A DNA stretch of 63,973 nt, the filler included, from a bacterium (GTDB lineage: Bacteria > UBA9089 > CG2-30-40-21 > SBAY01): the NCBI GenBank assembly GCA_040757115.1. It is 7 parts of 7 records of this genome, joined end to end, with 100 filler letters (N's around TTAATTAATTAA, not from the genome) between each part and the next. Parts side by side here need not be neighbours in the genome. Positions count along the whole stretch, not along the records: positions 28,679 to 37,759 come from JBFLYA010000149.1; positions 37,860 to 46,929 come from JBFLYA010000150.1; 5 more parts are not named here. One strand, given 5' to 3'. Numbering within the stretch: position 1 is the first letter of the stretch; every line of letters begins with the position of its first letter. The notes beneath the pieces are model-generated. The model saw nothing but the letters and a program-made list of their open reading frames with translations. It did not search any database and was not told the origin of the DNA. The position numbers were made by a program, and so were the translations under genes. Below, piece after piece: positions 28,680 through 39,294 of this stretch.

Positions 28680-29647
28680 AAAGGAGGTGTAAGCGCTATT
28701 AGAGAAGCAAAGACTAACATAACTTACTCTTCTACTACATTTATCCAAACCGATGCCGCTGTTAATCCAGGAAATAGCGGTGGTCCACTCTACCTTCTTG
28801 AGACAAGTGAGGTGATGGGAATAGCTGTGGCTAAACTTCAAGAATCAGAGGGATTAAACCTTGCCATTCCCATAAATATTGCCAAAAGGCTCATTCAAAA
28901 TGCCAAAATAACCATAAAAAGCAATCCCGCTACACCTGTCCCTTTTGCCAAACCAGAGCCAGAAAAACCTTCTACTGTTTTAACTGCCCTTGACTATTTA
29001 CTCCGTGGCAATTCCTGGTATGACAAAAATCTCTATAACCAGGCAATCTCTGATTACAACCGGGCATTAGAGATAAACCCAAGGCTTGCTGAGGCATACT
29101 GCGGTCGGGGGCTGCCTATGGTAATAAAGGTCTCTATGACCAGGAAATCTCTGATTACAACAAGGCATTAGAGATAAACCCAAGGGATGCTGAGGCATAC
29201 TACAATCGGGGGATTGCCTATGGTAATAAAGGTCTCTATGACCAGGCAATCTCTGATTACAACAAGGCAAGTGAGATAAATCCAGGGTTTGCTGAGGCTT
29301 ACATCAATCGGGGGGTTGCCTATGCCGAGAAAGGCGATTATGACCATGCAATCTCTGATTACAACAAGGCATTGGAGATAAACCCAAGGGTTGCTATGGC
29401 TTACTACAATCGGGGGAGTGCCTATGCCGAGAAAGGCGATTATGACCATGTAATCTCTGATTTCACCAAGGCATTAGAGATAAACCCAAGGCTTGCTGAT
29501 GCATACAACAATCGGGGGATTGCTTATTACTTCAAGAGAGAATATGACAAAGCCTGGGAGGATGTCCATAAGGCACAAAGTTTAGGCTATCAAGTTCACC
29601 TAGAATTTCTCAAGGACCTTCGTAAAGCCTCAGGAAGACAAAGATAA
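28680..29647 (+). pseudogene. Trypsin-like serine protease (5' part missing) plus TPR array, with a 1-nt frameshift near 29111
   Basis: KGGVSAIR...IQTDAAVNPGNSGGPL; 102-bp TPR units; the first unit reads CGGGGG-CT where the others read CGGGGG-NNT. Confidence 0.85.
29046..29550 (+). repeat. Five 102-bp tandem TPR-coding repeats
   Basis: ATCTCTGATT...GAGATAAA(C/T)CCA units at 101-102-bp spacing. Confidence 0.92.
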
Positions 29648-29858
29648 CTAAAGAGCCAGAGCAAAGGCTCAGGGAGCTGGAATGACAAGCACGCCAAGAA
29701 CGCAAAGAGAAATAAGGGAAAAAATTACCTTTGCGTCCTTTGCGTGAAAAAACTATTTTCAGTCCACGAATTTTCCGTGTTTCATCTGTGTTCATCTGTG
29801 GCTGAATAGTTATGATTACAATTTATCACCCATTATTATATCCAAAGGAGTAAAATTA

Positions 29859-32531
29859 ATGATTGAATTAACTATTGATGGAAAAACAACTCAAGTAAAA
29901 GAAGGAACAACTATTCTTCAGGCGGCTAAGTCTGCCGGGATTAAAATCCCGCATTTGTGCTATCATAAAAGCCTTTCGCCTTCAAGTAGTTGTCGAATAT
30001 GTGTTGTCGAAGTTGAAGGTGCAAAGACATTGGTCGCTTCCTGCTCTTATCCGGTCAGTGATGGGATGAAGGTTAAAACTGACACCGAGCGGGTGCTAAA
30101 TGCCCGTAAATTAGTGCTCGACCTTCTTTTATCCAACCATCCACAGGATTGCTTGAGCTGTGAGAAAAATAGTATCTGTAAACTCCAGAAATATGCCTAT
30201 GAGTTAGGCATAAGCCGCACTACCTTTGAAGGAGCAAAAACTCAATATCCGATTGATACCTCTAACCCATTCATTGAGCGAGATTATAATAAATGTATTC
30301 TTTGTGGTCGATGTGTTAGTGTTTGTGCTGAAATTCAAATGCTTGGTATCCCTGATTTTGCCAATCGTGGCTTTGAAACTAAAATATCTACCTTTTATGA
30401 TAGCCCATTACAAGAAACAGAATGTGCCTTTTGTGGTCAATGTGTAGCCGTATGCCCAACCGGGGCATTAACAGAAAAAGTGCGTAAGTTCAGAGGAAGG
30501 GAGTGGGAATTGAAGAAGGTAACTACGACCTGCCCATACTGCGGTTGTGGCTGCACCTTTGATTTGAATGTTAAAGATAACGAAGTCGTAAAGGTTACTT
30601 CCAATGATAAAAATCCGGTTAATGGTTTGGCTCTTTGTGTTAAAGGGAGGTTTGGGTTTGACTTTATCAATAATCCGGATAGATTAAAAACACCTTTAAT
30701 TAAACAAGAATCAGGTGAATTTCGCCCTGCCAGTTGGGATGAGGCGTTAAAATTGGTAGCCAATAAATTTAGCCAGATAAAGACGCAATATGGAGCCGAT
30801 AGTATCGCGGGCATAAGTTCAGCCAGATGCACCAATGAAGAAAATTATCTGTTCCAGAAGTTTATGCGAGTAGTGATTGGCACGAACAATGTTGACCATT
30901 GTGCCCGACTTTGCCATGCTTCGACTGTGGCGGGATTGGCGGTATCCTTTGGTTCAGGGGCAATGACTAACTCTATCGCAGAGATTGAGAATGCAGATTG
31001 CATTCTGGTAACAGGCTCAAATACTACCGAATGCCATCCCATAATCGGTTTGAAGATAAAGCAGGCGGTTAAAAAAGGAGCCAAACTAATTGTGGCTGAC
31101 CCAAGACGGATAGAGTTGGTTGAATTGGCTGATGTCCATTTGCAATTCAGGAGTGGCACGGATGTCGCCTGGCTTAATGGGATGATGAATGTGATTATCA
31201 ACGAAGGTTTGTTGGATGAAAAATTTATAGAAGAGCGATGTGAAGGGTTTGATGAGTTTAAGAAAATTGTTATGGAATACACCCCTGAAAAGACAGAGGA
31301 AATAACCGGTGTTCCCGCGGATGAAATAATTAAAGCCGCCAGAATTTATGCTACCGCAGATAAAGCCAGCATTATCTATTCAATGGGGATAACACAACAT
31401 ACTACCGGGACAGATAATGTCTTTTCCATTGCCAATCTGGCTATGCTCACGGGTAATGTCGGTCGGGAAAGCACAGGCGTTAATCCTTTGCGAGGACAAA
31501 ATAATGTGCAAGGTGCCTGCGATATGGGTGCTTTACCTGTGGTTTTCTCCGGGTATCAAAAGGTAGTTGACCCGCAGGCAAGAATGAAGTTTGAACAAGC
31601 CTGGGAAGTTAAATTACCAGAACAACCAGGACTAACGGTAGTCGAAATGCTTAATGAGGCGGGTAAGAAAATCAAAGCAATGTATATTATGGGCGAAAAT
31701 CCAATGGTTTCAGACCCGGATTTAACCCATGTGGAAGAATCACTCAAAAAATTGGATTTCTTGATAGTTCAAGATATCTTCCTGACCGAAACCGCTAAAT
31801 TAGCGGATGTGGTTCTACCCGCCGCCTCTTTTGCCGAAAAAGATGGCACCTTTACCAATACCGAGCGGCGGGTGCAGTTAATCCGTAAAGCCATTGAACC
31901 AATCGGACAGAGCAGACCTGATTGTTCGATAGTTGAATTAGCCAATAAAATGGGTTATCAGATGAAATATGATTCTGCCGCCGCAATTATGGAAGAAATA
32001 GCCAGGTTAACTCCTTCTTACGGAGGCATTTCTCATCAGCGATTGGCAAAAGAAGGTGGAATTCAATGGCCCTGTCCTGATGCCGCTCATCCAGGCACAA
32101 AATTCTTGCATAAAGATAAATTTGTTAGTGGAAAAGGTAAATTTCAAGCAGTAAAATACTTACCCCCAGTAGAAGAGCCAGATGAAGAATACCCATTTTG
32201 GCTGACTACTGGAAGGATACTTTATCACTACCACACCGGCTCAATGAGCCGCAGGTCAAAAGGACTAAATGAAATTTGCAAAGAAGGGTATGTTGAGATT
32301 AATCCTCAAGATGCTATTTCTTTAGGGATAAGTGATGGTCAGACTGTAACTGTTTCGTCAAGACGAGGTTCGATTGAAATAAAGGCAAAGGTAACTGATA
32401 AAATAGCCCAGGGAACATTTTTTATCCCATTTCATTTTGCCGAATCTGCGGCAAATGTCCTCACCAACTCTGCATTAGACCCAATAGCAAAGATACCAGA
32501 GTTAAAGGTTTGTGCAGTAAAAATAAGGTAA
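29859..32531 (+). CDS. fdhF: Formate dehydrogenase alpha subunit (Cys-type)
   Basis: N-terminal Fe-S domains; CPYCGCGC, DHCARLCHAS, PLRGQNNVQG. Confidence 0.93.
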   Translation: MIELTIDGKTTQVKEGTTILQAAKSAGIKIPHLCYHKSLSPSSSCRICVVEVEGAKTLVASCSYPVSDGMKVKTDTERVLNARKLVLDLLLSNHPQDCLSCEKNSICKLQKYAYELGISRTTFEGAKTQYPIDTSNPFIERDYNKCILCGRCVSVCAEIQMLGIPDFANRGFETKISTFYDSPLQETECAFCGQCVAVCPTGALTEKVRKFRGREWELKKVTTTCPYCGCGCTFDLNVKDNEVVKVTSNDKNPVNGLALCVKGRFGFDFINNPDRLKTPLIKQESGEFRPASWDEALKLVANKFSQIKTQYGADSIAGISSARCTNEENYLFQKFMRVVIGTNNVDHCARLCHASTVAGLAVSFGSGAMTNSIAEIENADCILVTGSNTTECHPIIGLKIKQAVKKGAKLIVADPRRIELVELADVHLQFRSGTDVAWLNGMMNVIINEGLLDEKFIEERCEGFDEFKKIVMEYTPEKTEEITGVPADEIIKAARIYATADKASIIYSMGITQHTTGTDNVFSIANLAMLTGNVGRESTGVNPLRGQNNVQGACDMGALPVVFSGYQKVVDPQARMKFEQAWEVKLPEQPGLTVVEMLNEAGKKIKAMYIMGENPMVSDPDLTHVEESLKKLDFLIVQDIFLTETAKLADVVLPAASFAEKDGTFTNTERRVQLIRKAIEPIGQSRPDCSIVELANKMGYQMKYDSAAAIMEEIARLTPSYGGISHQRLAKEGGIQWPCPDAAHPGTKFLHKDKFVSGKGKFQAVKYLPPVEEPDEEYPFWLTTGRILYHYHTGSMSRRSKGLNEICKEGYVEINPQDAISLGISDGQTVTVSSRRGSIEIKAKVTDKIAQGTFFIPFHFAESAANVLTNSALDPIAKIPELKVCAVKIR

Positions 32532-32563
32532 TTATTCAGCTTGTTTAAAGGAGGTGTTTTAGA

Positions 32564-33205
32564 ATGAAGTTTTTTATTGATACCGCCAATATCGACGAGA
32601 TACGCAAGGCGGCTTCCTGGGGGATTGTAGATGGTGTCACGACAAATCCCTCATTGATTGCCAAAGAAGGAAGGGACTTTAGAGAAACAATCCTTGAAAT
32701 TGCCCATATTGTTGATGGACCGATAAGTGCAGAAGTGATTAGTGAAAATGCTGAAGGGATGATTTCAGAGGCAGAACAAATAGCCTTATGGCATCCCAAT
32801 ATTGTTATCAAAATTCCAATGACTCCTGAAGGAATGAAGGCTACAAAAATATTAAAGATGAAGGCAATCAAGACTAATGTAACTTTAGTATTTTCAGCTA
32901 ATCAAGCATTAATTGCCGCCAAAGCAGGAGCAACTTTCGTCAGTCCTTTTGTTGGCAGATTAGACGATGTTGGCCAGGATGGAATGGAACTTATTGGTGA
33001 TATTGTGGATATTTATGATATGTATGGATTTACGACTGAGGTAATTGTTGCCAGCGTCAGACATCCCATTCATGTGGTTATGGCGGCTAAATTAGGGGCT
33101 CATATTGCCACCATACCATTCAAGGTATTAGAACAACTATTTAAACATCCTCTTACCGATATTGGCATCGACCGATTCTTAAGTGATTGGAAAAAGATGG
33201 GATAA
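32564..33205 (+). CDS. fsa: Transaldolase / fructose-6-phosphate aldolase
   Basis: [28 protein letters not shown]. Confidence 0.93.
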   Translation: MKFFIDTANIDEIRKAASWGIVDGVTTNPSLIAKEGRDFRETILEIAHIVDGPISAEVISENAEGMISEAEQIALWHPNIVIKIPMTPEGMKATKILKMKAIKTNVTLVFSANQALIAAKAGATFVSPFVGRLDDVGQDGMELIGDIVDIYDMYGFTTEVIVASVRHPIHVVMAAKLGAHIATIPFKVLEQLFKHPLTDIGIDRFLSDWKKMG

Positions 33206-33321
33206 TCATTTGCAATAGGATAGTATTTAACCACAGAGGCACAGAGACGCTGAGAAGAAATAGAAAAATATGGGAAGTGTCCCCATATTTCCCCTGATAA
33301 ATTGTAATGACAACATCAAGT

Positions 33322-33478
33322 GTAATCGGTCAGTTATTGGTGGGAGAAAGGCATAAAGATTAAATTTCTCGCTAAGGCGCAAAGAACTCAAAGGAATAAA
33401 TTATAATCTTTGCGAACTTTGCGTCTTTGCGAGAGAAAATTTCTATTTAGTTTTTACCACTGATAACTGAGGGATTAC
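33322..33478. mobile_element. Degenerate GTAA-TIR element with 9-mer repeats
   Basis: GTAATCGGTCAGTTATTGGTGG ... CCACTGATAACTGAGGGATTAC; no TSD found. Confidence 0.55.
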
Positions 33479-33578
33479 CGGCTGAGCTCAGGACGAAACT
33501 ATTTAACCAGTTACCAATTATCCGTTTGCAGGTTATGAAACCTGATGATACGCCGTGCAAAACTTACTCAACACCACA
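33479..33578. mobile_element. Right half of MITE family B, abutting the GH57 stop codon (CTAG)
   Basis: Matches the right half of 12731-12905. Confidence 0.85.
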
Positions 33579-35759
33579 CTAGACAATACCTTTAATATTC
33601 TTTTTAATCTTTACCTGCCAGGAATTGTAAGGAGGTATTTCAATCTTCCAATTTGGGAAAAAGACAGAACCCTGGTAGCCTAACTCAAGTCCTGCTTCTG
33701 AAGAAGATACGGTATAGACAGGAAATCGCCATAAACAACAGGGTTGATTGAACTTAAAATCAATTTCTATCTTACCAATGTTATCTCGGAGTGTTATTTC
33801 TTTACAGTCAACATCTTCTGCGATTGAATCCATTTTATTATCTTTTAAATTCTCCATTTCGGGAATTATATAAAAACATTGTGTCCCTCCCACTAAACTT
33901 AGATTAAATTCTATCCCAAACCACAATGAAATATCTTTTTTGTCATCATTCCTGATTTCATAGGTTATCTCTATTTCTGAGTTCCTTGCTAATATTCTAA
34001 CCGATTTTATTAGCCCGATTGATAATGCCTCCTCATTTACCAGCACTTTACCCTCTTTAGCCATATCTACTATTATTTCTTCTTTCCCCTGTCGGACTTT
34101 ATGTTTATAAGATTGATTAATAAAATCACACACCTCTTTATAATTACCTCGACTAAAATTATCAAGTGTAATATCTTTGGGTAAAAAATGGTCAATTAAA
34201 CAGCCCCGTTGGTGGAAATCATAAGTAAGGTATTTGTCTAAATCTTGTTGTTTAGTTGATAATTGTTCGTGGATAGTCGCAACACCTGTTGATTTCCTGG
34301 ATATTTCTGCTTGTTTTATCTTTTGATGATATGCTTCTTCTTTACGACTTAATGTATTTGTAATATTACATAGTTTTGGTTTATAATCAAGTTCAAATAA
34401 AGTTCCACCTTTTAATGGTTGAAAATAAAGATTTAAGTAAGAATTACTGACTAAAATTTCCTTTTCCCCATCTTTATCAAAATCAATTGCCTCTATCTCT
34501 ATCCAGCCGGGTGTATTATGAATGATATTTTCTGAGATAACTTCAGCATTAATAAGATGTTGATAGATAGCGTTTCTTAAATGAGGCAAATATAATCCTC
34601 CAAAAATGCCATGCCAATAGGCACAATTACATTGGCCTTGCCATAATTCTTCCTTTGCTCTATCAATACTTATCGGTCGATTATCAATAAACTTATCATT
34701 CTCAGTATAAACTAATACCTCTGATGCCTGAGATATTTGGTCAACTTTATTACTGACATATAGCATTTTTTTGTGCATATTATTGGCTTCTGGGTATTTA
34801 ATTAAGAAATTACGCCAAAAGCTCCCTTTCATAAATTGGATATAAGATTGATATTTTTTGGAATGAGATAAATCAGCAATAGCCTTTTCGTATTCAATAA
34901 GAGAATGCGACGGGAGTGCCCACTGCATTAGTTCTTCATAAGCCGCACAGGGCAGATATACCCTTCCAAGAGAATTATTTTTCATTATCCAACCAGATAA
35001 AGTTGTCATTTTTATCCAGTCTGCATTTTCTAATGCGGTGAAGAAATTGTCCAACCAGCCTTTTTCATAGACCCATTCATAGGTATGAGGCCAGATGCCA
35101 AATTTTTCACCATCATCACCCATAAGTATCATTTTTGTTACATTTTCATCGGCGACCGATTGGAGATATTCCAGAACATTATCTACTTTTGGGGCAAATG
35201 GAATTAAATATCTTAACTTTTGGCTGATTGGGAATATTTTTATCGCTACCCCTTCTTCTTCGGTTACATAATATCCAAACAGGTCTTTCTCTTTAATTCC
35301 AACCCATTTAAAATGAGTATCGTCAACTAATGTGAATTCTACTCCCGCTTCACCTATGGGTTTAGATAACGATGGCTCCCAAACTCGTTCGGCTAACCAC
35401 ATCCCCTTTGGAACTATGCCAAAATAGTTTTTAATCGTATTGGTCAATTTTTGAATCTGCCCAATCTTATCGCGGTCAGGGATAGCAGGTAATATTGGTT
35501 CATAAAAACCACCAGTCAACATCTCTACCTGACCTTGCTGAATTAACTTTTTTACCTTGCTAATTATCTCCGGATGCTTTTCCAAAAACCAGTTTAATAA
35601 AGAACCACTATAATGAAGTGATAATTTAATAGCAGGATGCTTTTCTAAAACTTTAATAAAAGGAAGATATGCCTTTTGATAAGCCTCTTCAAAAACATAG
35701 TCAAAATTCCCAACAGGTTGATGGCAATGGATAGTTAAAATAAGTGTTATTTGTTTCAT
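33579..35759 (-). CDS. GH57 alpha-amylase / 4-alpha-glucanotransferase
   Basis: HCHQPVGNF, WLAERVWEP, GDDGEKFG, CAYWHGIFGG. Confidence 0.93.
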   Translation of the reverse strand: MKQITLILTIHCHQPVGNFDYVFEEAYQKAYLPFIKVLEKHPAIKLSLHYSGSLLNWFLEKHPEIISKVKKLIQQGQVEMLTGGFYEPILPAIPDRDKIGQIQKLTNTIKNYFGIVPKGMWLAERVWEPSLSKPIGEAGVEFTLVDDTHFKWVGIKEKDLFGYYVTEEEGVAIKIFPISQKLRYLIPFAPKVDNVLEYLQSVADENVTKMILMGDDGEKFGIWPHTYEWVYEKGWLDNFFTALENADWIKMTTLSGWIMKNNSLGRVYLPCAAYEELMQWALPSHSLIEYEKAIADLSHSKKYQSYIQFMKGSFWRNFLIKYPEANNMHKKMLYVSNKVDQISQASEVLVYTENDKFIDNRPISIDRAKEELWQGQCNCAYWHGIFGGLYLPHLRNAIYQHLINAEVISENIIHNTPGWIEIEAIDFDKDGEKEILVSNSYLNLYFQPLKGGTLFELDYKPKLCNITNTLSRKEEAYHQKIKQAEISRKSTGVATIHEQLSTKQQDLDKYLTYDFHQRGCLIDHFLPKDITLDNFSRGNYKEVCDFINQSYKHKVRQGKEEIIVDMAKEGKVLVNEEALSIGLIKSVRILARNSEIEITYEIRNDDKKDISLWFGIEFNLSLVGGTQCFYIIPEMENLKDNKMDSIAEDVDCKEITLRDNIGKIEIDFKFNQPCCLWRFPVYTVSSSEAGLELGYQGSVFFPNWKIEIPPYNSWQVKIKKNIKGIV

Positions 35760-36238
35760 GATTTAAACCTCTTTTTCAGCATCTCTTCAACAATTTTGGG
35801 GACAAAACTATGCAGTGAACCACCCAGACTGGCTATTTCTTTTATCGCTGAAGAACTTAAGAAGAAATTATCTTCATGGGTCATCATAAACAGAGTTTCT
35901 ATGCTGGGATTTAATCTTTTATTCAAGGAAGCCATTTGGAACTCATGTTCAAAATCTGACACTGCCCGTAGTCCTCGAATGATAATACTTGCCTGTTTTT
36001 TTTGTGCATATTCAACTAACAATCCAGAAAATTCTTCTATCTTGACATTAGGATAATCTTTGGTTATCTCTTTTAACATTTGTATTCGCTCTTGTATCGA
36101 GAAAAGAGTTGGTTTAGAAGAATCGCAAGCCACAGCAACTATTACCTCTTCAAATAAAGGTATCGCTCGTTCAATTATATCTAAATGACCATTTGTTATC
36201 GGGTCAAATGTTCCTGGATAAATAGCGATATTGTGCAT
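35756..36238 (-). CDS. coaD: Phosphopantetheine adenylyltransferase
   Basis: YPGTFDPITNGH and RGLRAVSDFE. Confidence 0.97.
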   Translation of the reverse strand: MHNIAIYPGTFDPITNGHLDIIERAIPLFEEVIVAVACDSSKPTLFSIQERIQMLKEITKDYPNVKIEEFSGLLVEYAQKKQASIIIRGLRAVSDFEHEFQMASLNKRLNPSIETLFMMTHEDNFFLSSSAIKEIASLGGSLHSFVPKIVEEMLKKRFKS

Positions 36239-36249
36239 TTTTACTCCTC

Positions 36250-36750
36250 TTACATCTTATTTTTCAATTCCAATACCAATTGAACCTCAGTTTTACTCAT
36301 ATTTACTGCCCTGGCAATTTCCTCTATTGAAAATCCAGCGAGCATTAATTCCTTTATCTTTTCCTTCTTCTCATCAACAGTTGCCTTTTTAGAAAGAGGT
36401 TTTATCTTTGGTCTTTCAACAGGTTTTTCCTTTATTTCTTCTAGTTCTTTGTTTTTTCTACCACGATTAGCGAGTATATCTAAATCAACCGTCATTGAAT
36501 TTAATTTTACAATTTTATTATCGGCTAATTTGATAATATTCTTTAAATCTTCTATTTTATCTTCAAGGATATTTATATTCGTGTTAGAAACTCGATTAAA
36601 CTCAGTGATTAATTTACCTACTTCATTTCTAAACTTATCAATATCTTTGAATTCAACATTTGTTATTCTGGGTTTAATCCCATGTATCCAGATAATATAT
36701 CCGGCGAGGATAAAAGAAATAATCGTTCCAAGAAAAAGCACAAACTCCAT
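36250..36750 (-). CDS. Membrane-anchored coiled-coil protein with a C-terminal HTH-like tail
   Basis: N-terminal TM helix; GFSIEEIARAVNMSKTEVQLVL. Confidence 0.65.
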   Translation of the reverse strand: MEFVLFLGTIISFILAGYIIWIHGIKPRITNVEFKDIDKFRNEVGKLITEFNRVSNTNINILEDKIEDLKNIIKLADNKIVKLNSMTVDLDILANRGRKNKELEEIKEKPVERPKIKPLSKKATVDEKKEKIKELMLAGFSIEEIARAVNMSKTEVQLVLELKNKM

Positions 36751-36887
36751 TTCATCATTTATTGTAATAAATTTAGATGATTTTGTCAAGTGGCAGATTG
36801 AGATTTTTTCAACCTGTATGGTTAGAATTTAAAGGGGGTAATATTTTGGAGATGCTGTTCCCGGGGAGAATTGCTCACTGGAAGTAG

Positions 36888-37355
36888 TCAGGATTGAGCA
36901 AATTTAATTCCTAACCCTACAGCTTCTTTAGCCGTTTGGGCGTAAATGATAGGTGGTTTTTCGTGATTTTGGCGTTCTAAATGCCAGGTTCGTAATCCAA
37001 TAAGGGGCACATTTAATTTTAAACAAAATGCCATCTCAGATAATGTTCCATAGCTTCCCTCAATGGCAATAATTGCTTCACAAGACCGGACAATGATAAT
37101 ATTTCTTGCCTGGTCTAACCCCGTAACAATAGGAATATCAATGTAAGGATTGGCAGAGGTTTTTGCGGTGCCGGGTAGTATGCCGATAGTTAATCCGCCC
37201 TGACTTTTTGCTCCGCAACAGGCAGATTCCATTATTCCACCTAATCCACCACAAATTAATATCGCCCCTGCCTTCGCAATTTCTTCCCCTACTTCAAATG
37301 CTAATTTTTTACCCTCATCAGAAGGATAACTTTCACCTATAACTCCAATTTGCAT
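36888..37355 (-). CDS. LOG/SLOG (TIGR00725-type) nucleotide-binding protein
   Basis: CGGLGGIME, GILPG, ARN, GSYGTLSE. Confidence 0.9.
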   Translation of the reverse strand: MQIGVIGESYPSDEGKKLAFEVGEEIAKAGAILICGGLGGIMESACCGAKSQGGLTIGILPGTAKTSANPYIDIPIVTGLDQARNIIIVRSCEAIIAIEGSYGTLSEMAFCLKLNVPLIGLRTWHLERQNHEKPPIIYAQTAKEAVGLGIKFAQS

Positions 37356-37598
37356 TTTATATATCCTGTTTGTAAGCGTTCAGCATTCAGTTTTTGAATG
37401 AACACCGGTAACTATTCAGCCACAGATGGACACGGATGAAACACTGAAAATTCGTAATCCATGTCCGTTTTCTGTGTCCGTAATTAGGCTGATAGCTGAA
37501 AAATTCGGTGGTGTCTTAATCTAGTGCTCTGTCGCTACTCAATTGATGTTCTCCCCTGGCCTAATCATTACCCACATCTTTTAGTGGACAGATTAGAT

Positions 37599-37694
37599 AG
37601 AAATTCCAAATTCCAAGCACCAAATTCCAAATAAATTCCAAATTCCAAGCACCAAATTCCAAATAAATTCCAAATTCCAAACACTAAATTCCAA
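37599..37694. repeat. Heptamer tandem tract (AAATTCC / AAGCACC units)
   Basis: Directly visible; lies downstream of a four-helix-bundle 3' end. Confidence 0.9.
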
Positions 37695-37718
37695 AGTTTA
37701 TATTACAACGATAAAAAT

Positions 37719-37759
37719 TCATTTAGACTTTTCAATAATTGAAGAAAAAATTTTCTTCA
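37719..37759 (-). CDS. 3' end of a four-helix-bundle (23S rRNA IVP-like) gene at a contig edge
   Basis: KKIFSSIIEKSK*, as I recall a typical C-terminus of this family; very short. Confidence 0.5.
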
Positions 37760-37859
37760 NNNNNNNNNNNNNNNNNNNNNNNNNNNNNNNNNNNNNNNNN
37801 NNNTTAATTAATTAANNNNNNNNNNNNNNNNNNNNNNNNNNNNNNNNNNNNNNNNNNNN

Positions 37860-38088
37860 GTAACTATTCACCATTCACAATTCACCATTCACAATTTCTT
37901 CCCTAAATTTCCTTAATAATGGTGAATGGTGAATTGTCAATTGTGAATTGTGAATTATCACTCTTCACGGTGTCAAGCAAACCTGGTCCAAGAGTTCGAT
38001 GCACCGCTATAGCGCATCCAATGACTCTATTCGATAATTCATCAAATTTCACTTCGTGCTCTCCGTACCCTTCGTGGTGAATAGTTAC
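37860..38088. mobile_element. GTAACTATTCACCA-TIR element carrying a 5' GxxExxY fragment
   Basis: TIRs GTAACTATTCACCA / TGGTGAATAGTTAC. The minus strand reads FDELSNRVIGCAIAVHRTLGPGLL and then runs into heptamer repeats. Confidence 0.8.
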
Positions 38089-38269
38089 TCGCAGAGAAGA
38101 CATAGAAATAAAGTAACTATTCAGCCACTGATTAACACGGATTAGCACGGATAAAAAAATAAAATCAGTGTTTCATCTGTGTCCATCTGTGGCTGAATAG
38201 TTACCAATAAATTTTAATTTTTTCTCTGCGTCTCTGTGTCTGTGCGGTAAACAGTTACTGATTTTTCTC

Positions 38270-38806
38270 TCAACTTTCAATTTTTATCCTTACCTGTTCC
38301 TTAATTTCTATCTTTTCTTTTTCCGGGTCAATTTCTAATCCAAAACCAGAGATATGAACCTTTTTATGAATTATATCCACTCTATCTGGAGTAATAAAAA
38401 TTTGTGGTTTAGCACGCCAGTTAAGGGTATCACTTCTAAATTCTGTTCCTTCCTCATTCGTTGCTTTAACCTGACCTTTGAGTTCAATATCTCTTGTTTG
38501 GGTATCAAGAATGCCATTTTGAGCCTCTACGGTTAAAACAGGTTTGTTATCGGAAAAAAAGATACATTTAATCTGTTCAAGTTTAGTATGTGTTGGCGAC
38601 ATTGCGGCTTTTTTAGCCAATAATTCCCATTGAGGCTTACCAGATATTGTCTCGACAAGGTAAAATCCCTTTAAGCCTGATTCTGAGTCAGAAAATTCAG
38701 TCGCAGGAATCTTATCTTTTTCTTTTATTTTACCTGTATTTTTAATTAAAAGAAAACTAATAATTCCTATTAAAATTAAAACAAATATAAAAATTTTTAA
38801 TCTCAT
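38270..38806 (-). CDS. lptC: LPS export protein LptC
   Basis: Single N-terminal TM helix; WELLAKKA, TLNW and FITPDRV beta-jellyroll pattern. Confidence 0.8.
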   Translation of the reverse strand: MRLKIFIFVLILIGIISFLLIKNTGKIKEKDKIPATEFSDSESGLKGFYLVETISGKPQWELLAKKAAMSPTHTKLEQIKCIFFSDNKPVLTVEAQNGILDTQTRDIELKGQVKATNEEGTEFRSDTLNWRAKPQIFITPDRVDIIHKKVHISGFGLEIDPEKEKIEIKEQVRIKIES

Positions 38807-38860
38807 TTAATTGATAGGAAATTGCTTTTTGGGGTTTGGGGATAATTTTATTTATTTTTG

Positions 38861-39109
38861 GTAACCGTTCACCGCAGAGACACAGAGACGCAGAGAAAAA
38901 AATTAAAATCTATTCACCAGAGACAGAAATTTCCTTTTTTTGTGTGCCTTTCGGGTCTTTCGTTGTTTATTAATCTTTTAATACTTACTTTTGACTAACT
39001 GTTTTTAAGCCTTTTTAAACACCGAAAAACGCAATAAACACGAAAAAAAAGATATTTTCCTCTCTGTTTTCTCTGCGTCTCTGCGGTAAAGGATTACCTG
39101 AACGGTTAC
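38861..39109 (+). mobile_element. 249-bp GTAAC-TIR MITE, TSD TATTTTTG
   Basis: GTAACCGTTCA ... TGAACGGTTAC; TATTTTTG at 38853-38860 and 39110-39117. Confidence 0.92.
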
Positions 39110-39247
39110 TATTTTTGCACCTCCTGAAGGTATTTTAGCAAAAATTTTGTCCTATGTCAACAAAAAATTCGACCTGTTACAAATTCCTCATTCACTACCA
39201 ATCCGCAAATTTTTACTTTCGATTTATCAGAGTTTCAGAAATTTCCC

Positions 39248-39276
39248 TTGACATTTTTATTCATTCATTGTAAAAT
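39248..39276 (+). promoter_or_regulatory. Sigma70 promoter
   Basis: TTGACA-17 nt-TAAAAT. Confidence 0.6.
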
Positions 39277-39294
39277 ATATTTGGTGTAAGATTA

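Noticed and set aside
29046-29550. CRISPR array (here or in the heptamer tracts)
   Set aside because: The units are contiguous and coding, or are microsatellites. There are no unique spacers and no cas genes.
30895-30920. Selenocysteine in FdhF or in the UshA-like CGC motif
   Set aside because: The codons are TGC/TGT; there is no in-frame TGA.
37903-38148. 81-aa ORF as a real gene
   Set aside because: It is a chimera of repeat-derived sequence and a short GxxExxY fragment.
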